Source of the DNA: Narcine bancroftii
Lineage: Eukaryota
NCBI RefSeq assembly: GCF_036971445.1
Contig: NC_091477.1
Span: 105,524,001-105,588,000, forward strand
DNA length: 64,000 nucleotides
Direction: 5' to 3'
Below the pieces are notes generated by a model, which had not been told where the DNA came from, made no database searches, and saw only the letters and a program-made list of their open reading frames with translations. Both the position numbers and the translations under genes were made by a program. Shown in pieces: positions 36,969-51,137 of this stretch (position 1 is the stretch's first letter; every line of letters begins with the position of its first letter).

Positions 36969-39900
36969 CATCACAAAAGCCTCATAAACTTATAGTGCAA
37001 GTTATACATATGTACAAAGGAGACGTGTAATTGACTAAACATGCCTTTTCTTTTTACATAATAATTATCTATACAGTAAACCGGAATTAAAGCCATGGTT
37101 TCCAAGGTTTAGTAGGCCTACCGTGGAAAAATATTTTGAAAAGGATACATATCCAATATTCTACAGCTGTAAGAACACTTATAACAGATTCAGCTGCACC
37201 CAGCAGAAAAAATTGCAACATTGGTATCATTTAAAAAAAAGTGAACATAAAACATTCAACATCTTGTACAAATAACTATACTGTGAGCGACAACCCAAGT
37301 ATTTACAAAATCTACAAATGAAAGGTAAACAAAAAAAAATACTAAACAGGATTGCATGTTTCGCCACAAATTTTTAAGTACTGGTTCCAATTAAAGATTC
37401 AATGTCCCATTATTGTCACATAATACAACATTTAGAATGTAACATACATGAATTTGTTATTGAGATTGGGTGTTAACTTCCTTGTAGATTATCTAATCTC
37501 ATGTATGTCAATTTCAATCTACAGTATTTTATTTCAAAAGCATCCAGCAGAAACACTGGTAATCATTACTCGATGCATCTCAGTTCATGACTGAAATAAA
37601 AGTGGATCCAAACCTAATTCAAGCTCATTGTCATAAGTTAATGTAATTTATTCAATGAATCAATATTATATGCCCGCTGAATACAGTTAATTAGAAATTT
37701 CACTTTTTCCAGGGAGAGGCATACAAAGAGAGATTTATAAAAATTGCACCCTTTCAAAAGCAGTTCTGAATTAGATCTAGAACAATCTAAAACGTGCCAA
37801 TCCCAGAAAACACATGAGAAGATATTCAAGTGTTTAAATATTAGATTTATTTTCAAAACATTCATAATCTCCATTAGGTGAATCTATTTTAAGCTGTAAA
37901 TGAAATAGGTCAAGATTACAGGGTGCAAACAGTGTGGTTGCTGGAAATCAGAAATAAAAATGCAAATATTGAACGTTTGTTCAGTAAGTCAAGTTAACAT
38001 TTTTGGTGAGGAACAGATGATGTTTCAGGTCAATGAGATGTGCTGGTAAAATATCCACCATTTGTCTCCACAGTCAAGATCAATGGAATGACATAACCTG
38101 CGCCAATAGGCAATCTCCAATTTCCTTGATTCAGACAGGAAATGGATCAAAGGACTTCTGAAAACTATTTGGCTGGTAAAATTTTTGATATCAATTACAC
38201 AGGAATGGGAAAGTTGTATTATCAGATGCTCCCTTAAACCAGTACGATTGCAGTTCTAACAATTCAACTTGGGAATGATAAAAATGAAGTCCTAATTCTC
38301 CAGATTCTGTACTGTACCATTCACACCAGAATTTAGGAGCTTAATTAGGAGTATGAATTTTTGTCTTAATGCATTACAAGAAACAATGAATACAGCTGTT
38401 AGTATTGATGAACAGAACTTCTTTCATGAATATTGTTGTTATTGCTATTCAAATTTGTTTTGACATATTAAAAAGTACCAAAATTGTCTAATTTCAAGAT
38501 CCAAAACTACAACTCACTGCCAAGGAATGTTTGGTGCAAGACCTACAGCAAAACAAACTACATCTAAATGTAAAACCAAAACAGAAAAGCATCGCACAAA
38601 TCAAAATGAATGATTGATTTACTTGCTCAAGACTGCTTCAGTTTGGGAAATTTTACTGGTCAGAAGCACACTCTGAGAACAGTCACAGCTTTGTTCCTGC
38701 AGCATTGCTTGTCAACAGCACAAAACTGGCAATTAATATTTAAAAACGTGAAAAATTTTATTTCCTCATTAAAACTAATTACCCTTTCACCTTACTGAAT
38801 CCTATTTGCACTAAACCTCCCTTTATGCAATGATTCAAACCTATTGTAATTAGAGCATCCAAGATTATCCTATGATAGACAAAAATAAATCACCTGTAAA
38901 TTATGATACATCTCATCTGATTTAGTCCTTGCTTTTCTGCAGGAATCAGATCCACAAATAGCTATTGTCCTAATATTTCCATATTATCAGAATCTTCAAA
39001 TATATGATCAAAATGTGTGTCATTTTCTGCAGAAGTATGGTTGACAAATATTACTTCATGCAGGGTGGATGTGCAGAATTAATTTCTTAATTAATGTAAA
39101 TAACTTTAGTTCCTCCCATCTATTTCCAACTTTAAGTCTGGTTAATTTCAATGGGTTTCCAACAAGCCAATCCGATAGACAGTTCGCAACCTTAAAATAA
39201 TGAAAATAATATTACATTTGGTAATAATATCACTATGTAAAGTTTAAAATCAGAACATAATTTGAAACAAAGAATGAACGGCGAGAGGATTTCAGCTCAT
39301 CAGGCAGCATCCATGGGCAGAAATGGTCAGCATCCTTTATTAAGACTAAAGTATAAAGGGGATATTACATCTATGAAAAGGAAAAGGTGGGTGGGGGGTG
39401 TCAAAAAGTGATAGGGGAGTGTGAAAAATAAAAAGTGAGAACATCAGTATGTAGAGATAGAAAGAGTAGAACCAGATAGAGCTGAGGATTATGTAAAATA
39501 AAAAAAAAACAATGTTTATGTTGTCAGGTTTAAGGCTGTCCAGGAGGAACATGATATGTTTCTCCTCAAGCTTACATCGTCCCGACAATGGATGAGGCAG
39601 AGGGCAGACATATCACTGTGGGAACGGTGAAGGGAATTGAAATGGATAGCAACAAGAAGCTCACATCTAGACCACAGATGGAAGCAAACCTGAACTTGAA
39701 CAGAGTGTCTACAATTTAATATGAATACAAGAAAGCATGGCCTGTGATTATATATGAAAAGGAAAGTGCAGGTAAAACTCCATGTTCAAGTTAGGGTCTC
39801 CCTGTGCCACACTTATGAACTGCCCCAAGATTACTTGATCCAAAATACAGTGAAAAGGTAAAATTTAACCACTTTGGTATGGATGAAAATAAAGTATGGT

Positions 39901-41190
39901 ACAGCGTTCTATTTGTTTGAGGGTCGAATGCATAACAAATTTGAAAATTTACATTTACGATTGCTTGTGAATTTAAATTTAAATATTACATCATGAGAAA
40001 TAGTGGATGCAATTTATTCCACAATGAAGTCTTCTAAGTCAAATCCACAACTAAGTTTAAAAGGTCAGGTTAGTGCTCATGTAAAGATGTTTTGGTCTGC
40101 ATATCATTGTTTTTCACTGTATAGTTAGTTTACACTATATAAAAAAATACATAAATGAACAAAAATGTAGTGGAAGGTACTAAAGTCATGTATAAAGAGA
40201 ATTCATTCTCACGTCATGAAGCTGAGTGAAGTTATCGTCAATGCTACTTCATGATAAAGTGCATTGCTCTACATTGCTTGAATACATCTGAGCAACCAAG
40301 GTTACTTAGTGGTTGTTTTATCATACTTATGTACTATGAATAAATACAAATGTATAGTCTATGAACAAAAATAAAAAATTAAAAGTTAATTCTTAAAGCT
40401 CAATTAAGCCACTTAGTCATATCAGAATAAATGCATACATAAAGCAACAGAAAGCAGTATCTATGTATAACCATGCTTTAAAATAAAGAAAACCCTGTCA
40501 CCAAACCTGAAATATTCATACTGTACTGATCCACTTACGAGTACAATCAGTGCATAGTTTCTACACGTGGATTTCTAGAAACGTGTTAACATTCCCTTTT
40601 AAGAATCCTGGTGATTCCATCTTTAATGGGGTTCATTTGCTTTGAAATATACTTTTCCTATATGAAGTACTGAGTGGACATTCAGGTACTTCTGCAGTCT
40701 CTCAGCATTTCTTACTAGACAGTGTTTTTGCGTGTTTTGTCAGAGAATGCGGAACTTTATTGTGAATTCCAATGTCCCAGATGGTCCTGTCTGTTGTTAT
40801 CAAACTTGATCTTATTGGCTGCCATACAAACCAGGAAGGGCCACAATTTAGAAATCCACTCAAAAGTTTTTTGTTTTAGTTTCTTGATCTGTTGTTAAGA
40901 TTGCTCTGTGCAATATTTCAGCAGCGTGAATGCTATTATGAGCTTGGGACCCAAACTAGTAAATGAAGTGGTGATTTTTTGGAAAAGTAACAGAACTGAG
41001 GAATCAAAAAAAGGTAATGTTTAGCAACTAATTTGCTTCTGCTGACAAGACAGAAAGTTATCATTCAGATGCTAAAAAAAGAATGTGGTAAATATGACCA
41101 CCATGCAGACCAACATGTAGCACTTTTTATTATGCTGCCAAAGTATTTCTTGAAGGTGATGCCCCACACTCGTAGTCTCTAGACAGTTGA

Positions 41191-41298
41191 TTAATGGTGC
41201 TGTTTGGTAGGGGCGAGTTGAAGCAGAGTTTCTATAGTCATGGCTACCTGTGCCAGTCCTTTCTCTTCTAGAATGTGAAGGGGCAGGCACAACCGATC
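41191..41298 (-). CDS. LRCH3: LRCH3 distal last exon (soluble isoform)
   Basis: gtgtag|DRLCLPLHILEEKGLAQVAMTIETLLQLAPTKQHH*; compare recalled human EQLCLPLHILEEKGL. Confidence 0.92.
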   Translation of the reverse strand, partial: DRLCLPLHILEEKGLAQVAMTIETLLQLAPTKQHH

Positions 41299-42168
41299 CT
41301 ACACAAAATCAAAAACAAGAGAAAGGGAGGGGAATGAAAAGAGGGGAGAAAAAGAAAATTAACAAATTATTTGCTTACGTAAAATAATAAAAATTGGAAG
41401 ACCTAAAGAAATGAAATGATAAAATAATTTGCATACAAATTATTGGAAGTGGACAAACAGCAATGAAATGGGTACACCGTATGGTTACACTGGCTTATAG
41501 CTTTTTCACAATCACCACTTATTTCACATTCTATGCCCATAATTTAATACTGCATTGTTTTCCACAATATGCCTGACAGATGATGGTAGTCCTAATAAAA
41601 ATGTCATTTTGAATGAACTTTGCACATCTAATTCCCAATTTTACAAGTACAGAAGTACTTTTCACATGCTGCCTTTGTGTGAGTAAAAATAAATATCTTT
41701 AAAATGATAGTACATTAGATTAGTTTATTATTGGTAGACCGTTCATTCTCCACATGCATGGTTAAAACTGCTCTTGTGATCTATGCACCCATTTCTTATT
41801 CAACACATTAAGACAACAAATCAATGTCTTTGATAAATCTCAACTATACGTGTGTTTCGGAAAGTGGAGTACACATTAACATTTTACCTTTAGTGGTATT
41901 GATTGTCCAGTGGAAGATTGAAAATATTTTACTGATCCCTTTTCTTATCAGAAAAATGATGGATTTATTGCTCCAATACTGAAACTACCTTTTGGTTGAA
42001 TAATTTCTTACAAATTTCATTTGCAACACATTTGGAAATAATGTAATAAAATCAGTTATGGTCAAAATTTAAAATTCTGCAAAGTGGCTCTATTTTATCT
42101 GTTCCTTTCACAATGCCATGTTTCTTTCAGATCCCCTTTTATTCTTCTGAATTTTCGTGAGTATAATC

Positions 42169-42292
42169 CAGGGTTCTTAGCCTTTTACTTTCCACTCATC
42201 TAAAGTATTCCCTATGCCATAGATGCTCTATGATCAGTAAGGGATTGCTTAAAGTGGTATATGAGCGGGAAGGAAAAGGTTGGGAACCACTG
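42169..42292. mobile_element. hAT (Charlie-like) MITE
   Basis: TIRs cagggttcttagcctttt / aaaaggttgggaaccactg; 8-bp TSD GTATAATC. Confidence 0.8.
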
Positions 42293-42867
42293 GTATAATC
42301 CCAGGTGACTGGTATAATCCCAGGTGACTTAATCTCTTCTCATAGGCCAACTCTCTCATCTCCAGAATTAAATTGCTGAAACTCTGCAGTACTGCCTCCA
42401 AAGCCAATGCATTCTTTCTCAACTAGTCCAGAATTGCATAGTTCTTCATGTCTTTCCTCGTCAGTACATTGAACAGCTGTAGCAGAACCTCCCTGCACTT
42501 AAATTCAATTCCTCTAGCAATGAAAGCCAACATTCTAACTTTCAAGTTGTGGAAACAATAAAGTTTAAATATTTTAAAGTTCTTCAGAAAATTGCTATTT
42601 TTATTATACTGTATTTTCTGTTAGACTTTATAAAACATCTTGCCTTAATTAATGAGAAATAACATTTATCTGTTCATTAAAACGATGTTTTAATCCTCTA
42701 CTGGTTGAGTGGCAAAATGCATTGATGGATAATTATCCAGATGATAAAGGTCTTGGGTTAAGTTTATATTTGAAATGAATCAAATAAATCAGAAGGCAAT
42801 AGGACTGTTAAAATTTATTTTAGGGTATGGAAATAATAAATGACCCACCATTCCAACTCCTGACTTA

Positions 42868-44408
42868 CAATGCCCTCCATAATATTTGGGACAAATACAC
42901 TATTTTCCTTTATTTGCCCTTATGCTCCACTTTTAAATTCGTAATCAAACAATTCACATGTAATTAAAGTACACACTCCTGATTTTATGAAAGGATTTTG
43001 TGTACATTTTGGTTTGACCATGTAGAAATTACAGCACTTTTTATACATAGTCCCCTCATTTCAGCGCACCAAAATGTTATGTATAATTAGTCACATTTGA
43101 CACTTTGTTACATATCCCTTGCATGCAATGACTGCTTTTAAGTCTGTGATTGATAGACATTGCCAGGTGCAGAGTTTCTTCTCTGGTGATGCTCTGCCAG
43201 GCCTCTAATGCAGCCACCTTCAGCTCCTGCTTGTTTCAGGGGCTTGTCCCCTTAAGTTTTCTCTTCAGCATATGGAAGGCATGCTCAATTAGATTTAGAT
43301 TGGGTGACTGACTTGGCCTTTCAAGAATTTTCCAGTTTTTAGCTTTGAAAAACTTCTTTATTGCTTTATCAATGTTTGGGATAATTGATTTGATGTAAGA
43401 TGATGTTTGGAGGCATTTGCTCGAACTTGAGCAGATAAGAGGTTTCTGTACACCTCAGAATTCATTTTGCTACTGCCATCAGCAGTTACATCATCAATGA
43501 AAATAAGTGCACAGACCATAATTCCTCCACTACCATATTTCACAGATGAGGCAGTATTCTTTGGATCTTTGGGAGTTCTTTTACACCTCCACACTTTGCT
43601 CTTGCCAACACTCTTAATGTAGGTTAATCTTGGTCTCATCTGACCTTTTTACAGAATTCTGCAGGCTCTTTTAAATACTTCTTGGCAAATTATAATCTGG
43701 CTGTCCTTTCTTTGGCTAACTAGTGATTTGCATCTTGCAGTGTAGCCTCTGCATTTCTTATTCATGAAGTCTCTTACAGCAGTAGTCATTGATGCATTCA
43801 CACCTCCTGAAGAGTGTTTCTGAACTATTGGACAGGCATTTGAGGATTTTTCCTTATTTTGTTGAAAATTCTATTATCAGTGGAGGTCTTCCTTGGCCTA
43901 TCAGTCTCTTTACAATTACTGAGCCCAATAAAACACTCTTCTTAATAATGCTCCAAACTGTTGATTTTGGTAATCCTAAAGTTTGGGCAATGTCCCTTAC
44001 CGTTTTAGTCTTGTTTATCAGTCTAATAATCCTTTCTTTGACTTTCACTGGCACAACTCTGGTCCTCATGTTGAAAATGGCAACTACAGACTCCAAAGGT
44101 GATCAAAAGCTTAGAAGCAAGCCTAGCTCTCTTATACCTGCACCACTTAAACAAACCCAAGTACTCAACACCTGTGAAGCCAAATGTCCAAAATATTATG
44201 ATGTCCTGAAATGAGACAATTATATATAAAAAGTGCTGTAATTTCTACTTGGTCAAATCAAAATGTATACAAATCATCTTTAATAATATCTGGAATGTGC
44301 ACTTTAATCACATGTGAATTGTTTGATTACAAATTTAAAACAATGGAACACAGGGACAAATAAAGGAAAAAAAAGGTGACTTTGACCCAAACATTATGGA
44401 AAGGGATA
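42868..44408 (-). mobile_element. Tc1 transposon, near full length, with ~210-bp TIRs and a decayed transposase
   Basis: TA|CAATGCCCTCCATAATATTTGGGACAAA terminus mirrored at the right end; ORF remnants VRDIAQTLGLPKSTVWSIIKK and SVKYGSGGIMV..FID..MNSEVYRNLL. Confidence 0.9.
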
Positions 44409-46140
44409 TACATGTACAAAGGTTGCTGGAAAGTTATGATTTATGCTGTGATGGTTCATTATGTTTGAATATTCTGTTGGACAGTCACTTTTCAGTTTCA
44501 CCACCAAGAGAACAGGCTCTGGGCATGAACTTTGGCAAGGATTAGGAAAGTGAAGGTCAAGATTCAGAAAAGGTTTCTTGTTTCTTAAAATGACTTGTCA
44601 TTAAATTAAATTTCATAAATATAGCCTTACATTATTAGGCAATGCTGTGAACAAAATACAACTGTACCATTACTTATATATTCTCCTTTGCAAAATGTTA
44701 GGTTGATACCATCTTTGGTGTGGAGCAAAGATGAGGCATGCTGTGATTAATATGAGAAAAATTAAAATGACTTGACTCATGTCTTGTACAACTAATCCTG
44801 ACCAAAATAAAAATATTTTCAGTGACCTAACTACAAGTACTTATGGTTACTGAATTGAATATCAGCTACTCTGAACAGAATATAAACATTTGCAAAATAT
44901 TTTTCCATTTTGCAAAATGTAATTTTTACTGTAGTTGATGAAAACAAGCAGAAATAAATGAAAAAGCAAAGTTAATTGGAAGCTGGTTATGGAAGTCATC
45001 TGCTCAAAAAAATAATTGTACTTTCTGACCAAAGATTCAATAAAATTTGCTTTGTACAACATCCAGTTTGACAAGGCATCATATAAAAAGCCAGTCTTTT
45101 TAAAACATATAATATCTTTAATGTTTCACGGTAAAGGCAAAAGAAGAATTCCATTTGTGGAGGTATTTTCTCAGGCGATAGTGTTTAAATCAAAGACAAA
45201 AAAAAGCCATATAAATTAAATGATCAATTATGTACCTGTTTTGGTAAGATACCTGTAACTAAAAAAAAGCAAGCATATTCTTCATTAACATCAATCACAC
45301 AAGTTCTTGAGTTGAAGATTTTGTCTATTTCTAGGCGAGCCAGTCTTTACAGTGTTAATTTTGATTACATTTTCATTTGTTAATGTTATGTAGAATTTCA
45401 CTTATTTCCTGAGAGAAGGCAGAAATGACTTTGAAACAGACTGCATTTGCTGTACAATTTTCAAAGGTGCTAGAACTACAACCACGGGAACAGGATCAAG
45501 GTGTTTACAATTGATGCATTCCAAAAATCTGGATAGATTGTCCAAAATCATTTTGTTTTTTTTTTCCAAAATAAACAAAACCACTGCTACTGAACTTCTG
45601 TTGTGGCAGATATTTTAAACAGAACAGCCCAGCAGTTGTACTATAACTGTTAATATTACACACCCAGTAATAATACTGAAGGCAGTGAAACAATAGGCAT
45701 ATTAATTTGAATTTCTGCATGCTTATATGTGCAGAATAGATTCATAGTGAATAATATTCAAAGTTTCTCCAACTTCCAATTTTTACACTGGCCATTCAAG
45801 GGACAGGGCGTCAACCTAACGTTAACACAACTGTTTCGATTGTGAGTGTGCTTGCATTAATGTTTCAGCGAAACAGTACGTTGAGAAGACTGGATGAGTA
45901 AAGGAAAAAATGGAACTTGTCTTAAAAATTCATTAAATGTCTAAAGAAATGGTATGAAGGCACTACAATTTTTTTCTCAAAAATATTGGAATTCTATTCA
46001 TTGATTTCTATTAAAAATAATATCTTCAAGTACTAGAAAACATTTTCTGTGGAACTTTTTTCAACCAAACCCAGTGGTGCAGTTCACTTCATAGATTCCC
46101 TTTCTCTCACCCTCTTCCTTGCACATACCTTCTCTTCTAA

Positions 46141-46347
46141 TTAGAATAGAGTGACCCAGTGGTATAAAGCAAAAAGCAGAAGCATAACATTGATGTAAAA
46201 GAGAGCAAAGCCTGCAAGCTGGCCACCAGAGAGAGGGGCTAGAACAGGACTGGTTATGCTTGCTCCCAAAGTCAGTAGCATGTCAACCGTCTTTTGAGTG
46301 CTGAGGAGGTTGGCTTGGAGCACATCAGATGAAGAGCAAAGGTCATC
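46141..46347 (-). CDS. LRCH3: LRCH3 proximal last exon (C-terminal transmembrane isoform)
   Basis: ggaag|DDLCSSSDVLQANLLSTQKTVDMLLTLG...QLAGFALFYINVMLLLFALYHWVTLF*. Confidence 0.9.
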   Translation of the reverse strand, partial: DDLCSSSDVLQANLLSTQKTVDMLLTLGASITSPVLAPLSGGQLAGFALFYINVMLLLFALYHWVTLF

Positions 46348-48867
46348 CTTCCAATGTTTCAGTGAGTAAGGAGAGAAATGACAAAGAAAAATTAGTTGAG
46401 AAAATCAGCATGCAACATTTACTAAGAATTACTTTTATCTTTGCTTCAATTCAGAGCCATGCGCAATAAACACGAGTGCACAATTAGCTTCAATATGCCA
46501 GCATACAGTTTAAATGTTGACTTTATTTCTAACATTAATTATTAATTGTTCTTTGTTATCCCTTCTCGTGATAAATTTCCTTAAGAATCATGAATTTGTC
46601 GAAAAATCTATTCGATCAAATATTTTACTTAGATGGAACTTGTTTTCACAGATGGATGATATTTTTGTGGAAGATGCCGCAGATTATTGCTGCCTATTTT
46701 AACTATATTCTTATCATAAAATTTAAGTTTCAACAGTAGGCTAGGCCTGACCTGTCAATGTTGCATTTGCATTAATTATTTCAGTTGACACGGGATGATA
46801 TTTTTCACTCATTAGTCAGGCTGTTTTGCACTGTACTGTGTAATTTCTAAAGTGAAGCAGGAACAGGAAAAGAGTCGACTAATACTCATCTCTCTTTTTC
46901 TCTCATGTTTACGGTAAAAGTAGAGATCACATTGGTTGATTATACTGATGAAATAGAAACAAAAATTCTGCTATGAAAGCAATTGTTTGGATGGCAGAGG
47001 TTTTGCAGTACCAAGGATAAATTTCATTTGCATTAATAAAAAAAACAAATGTCATAACTTTGTTTTTACAGTTCTCTCCAGTTTATTAAAGTCAGGAGCT
47101 ATTACTTATCTTTAGAAAGGGCATGTTATTTAAAATGTTTTAATATGTTTTTGCTAATGTTGTAATTTTCACAAAATAAACAGAAGTTATAGTTATTAGA
47201 TGCAATCCTTGCACGCAACAACAGTTCTGATAGTATTTCATTAGATTTTCCACAGACTAAGCACAATGAGAAGAAATAAGAGCACACCGTGCAGATTCCA
47301 AGGGAGGGATTCACAGGAAGAATGATTTGGGGAGAGAATAGCAACTAGATGTACAAAGAATAGATAGAAGTCGTTAAAAGAAGTTATCCAATATCCCCCT
47401 GATTATTGATTATAGTATTGATGTTAAAATGGATCCAGTCTTGTTTTATTAAAGCTTTTGTAAGACTAAAACTTAGACCAGATAAAGACACATTTAATAA
47501 AAACATGAAAAAAATGGGTGCACTGAAGAAGCACAAAAATTTAATCTGAAATCACAAAGGTGGGAGCTTTGCAAATATTCTGAGGTTTGGACAATGTTTT
47601 GATTAAGGCCAATTTAAAAATGCTTTTATATTAACATTTTACTACTTTAATTATGATTTTCACAAGCAAAAGGCACAATACAGTTCATTGAACATGCTAT
47701 TGAGAATTGTGACATTGGGAAATGGCCATGAAGATGGTTATTTCCTATAGTTTCCTAGTTATTCCACACGTACATAATTGAGGCATTTTATACAATTGTT
47801 AATGACTTGCCGCAGCACTGCTCTCAACAATCCATAGGATTTGTTGTTTTACTCCAGTTTGCTTATGATCAGTAAAATGGTGCCAAAAATGTACATGATT
47901 TTGTTGATAATATACCTGGTGCAATTAATAATAACAATCAATCATTGATAGTGGACTCCGCACAGAGAATATTTAATATATAGCTTTTATTAATCTACTC
48001 CCGTTGTTCTTGTCCTGACCTGCTGTGTTCTCTCAATTGAAGGCGCACCTACAAGAAACTTCTCATTTTAAAGAAAGGAAAGCTCCATGTGGTACTCAAG
48101 CGGTGCCAAATGGATATAGAATGCAGAAACATATGGTCTCTATAGTAAAAGTATGTTGAGTTATAGTGTGTTAGTTTTCCTTCAGTTCATTCAAGTATAA
48201 ATTTCATCAAAAGATTCAAATCATTAGATATAAAAATGATAATTCAACCATATCCTCACCCAGAACAAAACAATTACACTTGATCTGACTCCCGAAAATG
48301 CATATTATGAGGGAATTCATATACTTAGAAAACTTCAGAGCAAGTTCACACTTCAAAGTTCATTTAAATTAAAAAGTGATAAACTTCAAATAAGTATGAA
48401 TTTGCAATCTGAAGTTTTTAATTAAAAAGTGATTAAAAACTTGTCACAAGATCAGAGTTATACTATCAGTAAATTGGAAATTTAAAATTGTTATACACAA
48501 TACATACCAGCATTTAGAATCCAGCTTAACAATTAGTTGTCGTTAAATATATATATATATATTTTTTTTTAAAAAAACACATGCTGTTAAAAATACTGTA
48601 CACCTAAGTTAATTTCATAGTTATATTTTTTTAATTAAACATTTAGTTGTTGATCTAAATTCAATCCCAAGTAACATGCACAATACCTATAAAACCAAGT
48701 AAAAACAAAATTCAACTTTTGTTTCTTTAAAACAATGAAAATCAAACACCAGAAATCTACTGGAAATCACCATGAAAATAGAAAGTACTGAAAACCACAT
48801 TTGATGGAGAACACTGATGAACATGGCTTCTACTATTTAATTATATTTAAAAAATTAATATTAACTT

Positions 48868-49080
48868 AATTTAGAGATACAGCACAGTAACAGACCCCTC
48901 ACGCCACCCAAATACACCCATGTGATCAATTAACCTACTTACCCTGTACGGCCGTGGAAGATGGAAGGAAATCCACATGGACACGGAGAACATAATACGC
49001 TCCTTACAGACAGCGACAGATTCAAACCTGGCCACTGGCATTCTAATAGCGTTGAGCTAACCTCTATGCTAACTGTGCTA
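48868..49080 (-). mobile_element. HE1/V-SINE
   Basis: ctccttacagacagcgacagattcaaacc...gctaacctctatgctaactgtgc. Confidence 0.7.
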
Positions 49081-49824
49081 CTTATGTGGCTTCTCTTACC
49101 ATAAATGCTCTCTCATCTGCTGGGTTTTTCTAGCATTTATATTTTTAATTTCTTTAAATCAAAGACCTCTCCGTAAAAAGATTCAATAGAGATCTCAACA
49201 TGAAAAGCCCTAAAATCCATCATTAAACCAAATATGGCTAATTCACTCACTTGAATATGTCCATACTGTAGTAAATTAAAATTCATCCTTAACTTTAAAG
49301 CAAAGAAGTAAGTGTCTATGGAATCTTCTGAATTGTGGGGTCATTGTCAGAGAGAGGGAAAAAGTGAGAGCTACAGAGTGCACAACAGGGGAGCTGGTTG
49401 TAGAAGGAAAGCAGGAATTTTTCAGTCAAGAAGTAGGCTGCTCGATTGAGAATGAACAATGGAACAGTACAGATTTCAGTCCAGATCTCCTTAAAAGGGA
49501 GGTGGAATAGTTAGGAAAGACTGATGAAATGGGAAAGAGTAAGAAGACCAATTTAGAGAAAGAAATCAGAGGGAGCACAAAATCTTGAGCAGTATATAAA
49601 AGCAGTGGATGGGAATGCTTGCATCAGAGAGAGAATTAAGGAACAATTGCAATAACGTGCATTAATCTTTTTCCCAGAAATGTGAATGCTGAGTGATGAC
49701 TTCTATTTCGCAAATATTACATCAGTAATGTTAAAGGCTCACTAAAATGGCAGTATCAATCATGCAACAGGGCAGAAACTGTCAAAAATGTAATAATGCA
49801 GATATGAAACAAAAGCTAACATAC

Positions 49825-49902
49825 CTGAGGTACACCAATTTTCTTACATGCTTCTAGGAAGTTCTCCACATTTCGCCTGCATTTTGCCATTGTTAATTTG
49901 GG
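49825..49902 (-). CDS. LRCH3: LRCH3 CH-domain exon
   Basis: PKLTMAKCRRNVENFLEACKKIGVPQ; 78 nt. Confidence 0.97.
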
Positions 49903-50289
49903 CTATAACCAAAAGATAAACAAACTGGTAAACTCGTTAAGATTCAGATTCATACAAGGATAGTGTTGTATAAAATGATAGGAGGTGGGCATTAGATTTC
50001 AGATTTATTGACAGAGTACATACATGACATCACATACAACCCTGTGAATTTTTTGAGATATAATTAAGAAAATGTTCTCTGAATATATTCTAACTCCATT
50101 AGTTATATATTCACAAAAAATCTGAGCTGAAACTAACAATGCTTTAAATTCTGCCTTAACATATCAGTATTTCAAATTTAGCAGTTATATAAAAACTTAT
50201 AATGAAGATTATTTCAAATGGAGAACAATTACAAATATACATTTAAAGATGCAGTGAGCAAATTAATGTCATTATGGTTTCCTTCTGAA

Positions 50290-51020
50290 AATTGGTTGGA
50301 GCAATTATTGATAACCTTTGTGAAGTAATGCATGTTGCGATGTCAGATTCATATAGAGTAAAAAAATCAGGTACACGAGAGCATTTATGTACACATGGAC
50401 CTTGGGGTTCACTCTTTGAAAATAGCAAAACAGATGGATAGGTGGGTTTAGTATTTTTGCATTCATAGGACTAGGCACTGAATACAAGAGTTGGGGCACC
50501 ATCTTGAAGTTGTACAAAATATTGGATAGATAATGTAACTTTTACAGTTCTGGAGAGATTCACTAGGAAGTTGCTTGGAATGGAGGGCTGTTGCTATGAA
50601 GCAAAATTGGATAGGCTGGGTTTATTCTCACTGGAATGTTGGAGTCTGAAGGGCTTTCTTAAGGAGGTTTACATAATTATGAGAAGAATAGAATAGATAG
50701 GTAGTCAGAATCTATTTTCCAGGGGAAGGGAGTCTAAAACTGAAGACACTGGTTTAAAGTGAGAGGGAAGAAATTCAAAGGAGATCTCAGGGATAAATTT
50801 TCCACACAGAGAATGGTGATTATTTTGAATAAGCTACAAGAGGAGCTAGCCAAGACGGATATTATTACAATGCTTAAAAGGCATTTGGATAGGTACATGG
50901 ACAAGAAAATAGAAGAGGGATAGGAGCCTAATGTGGGCAAATGAAATTAATGTAGATAGGCATCATGATCAGTGTGAACATGGTGGCCATAAGGCCCCAT
51001 TTCTGTGTTATATGACAATT
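50290..51020 (+). mobile_element. CR1 3' fragment
   Basis: KLDRLGLFSLE motif and CR1 tail. Confidence 0.75.
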
Positions 51021-51137
51021 CTTTGCAGCAGGTGAGGCTTGGTAGATTTTAAGTTTGAAGTTAAAAATAATGGTCAATAAGGAGTGAATCTATGGTAGGA
51101 AAATAGTCAGATGAAAACAAAGTTATGAACAAGATGA

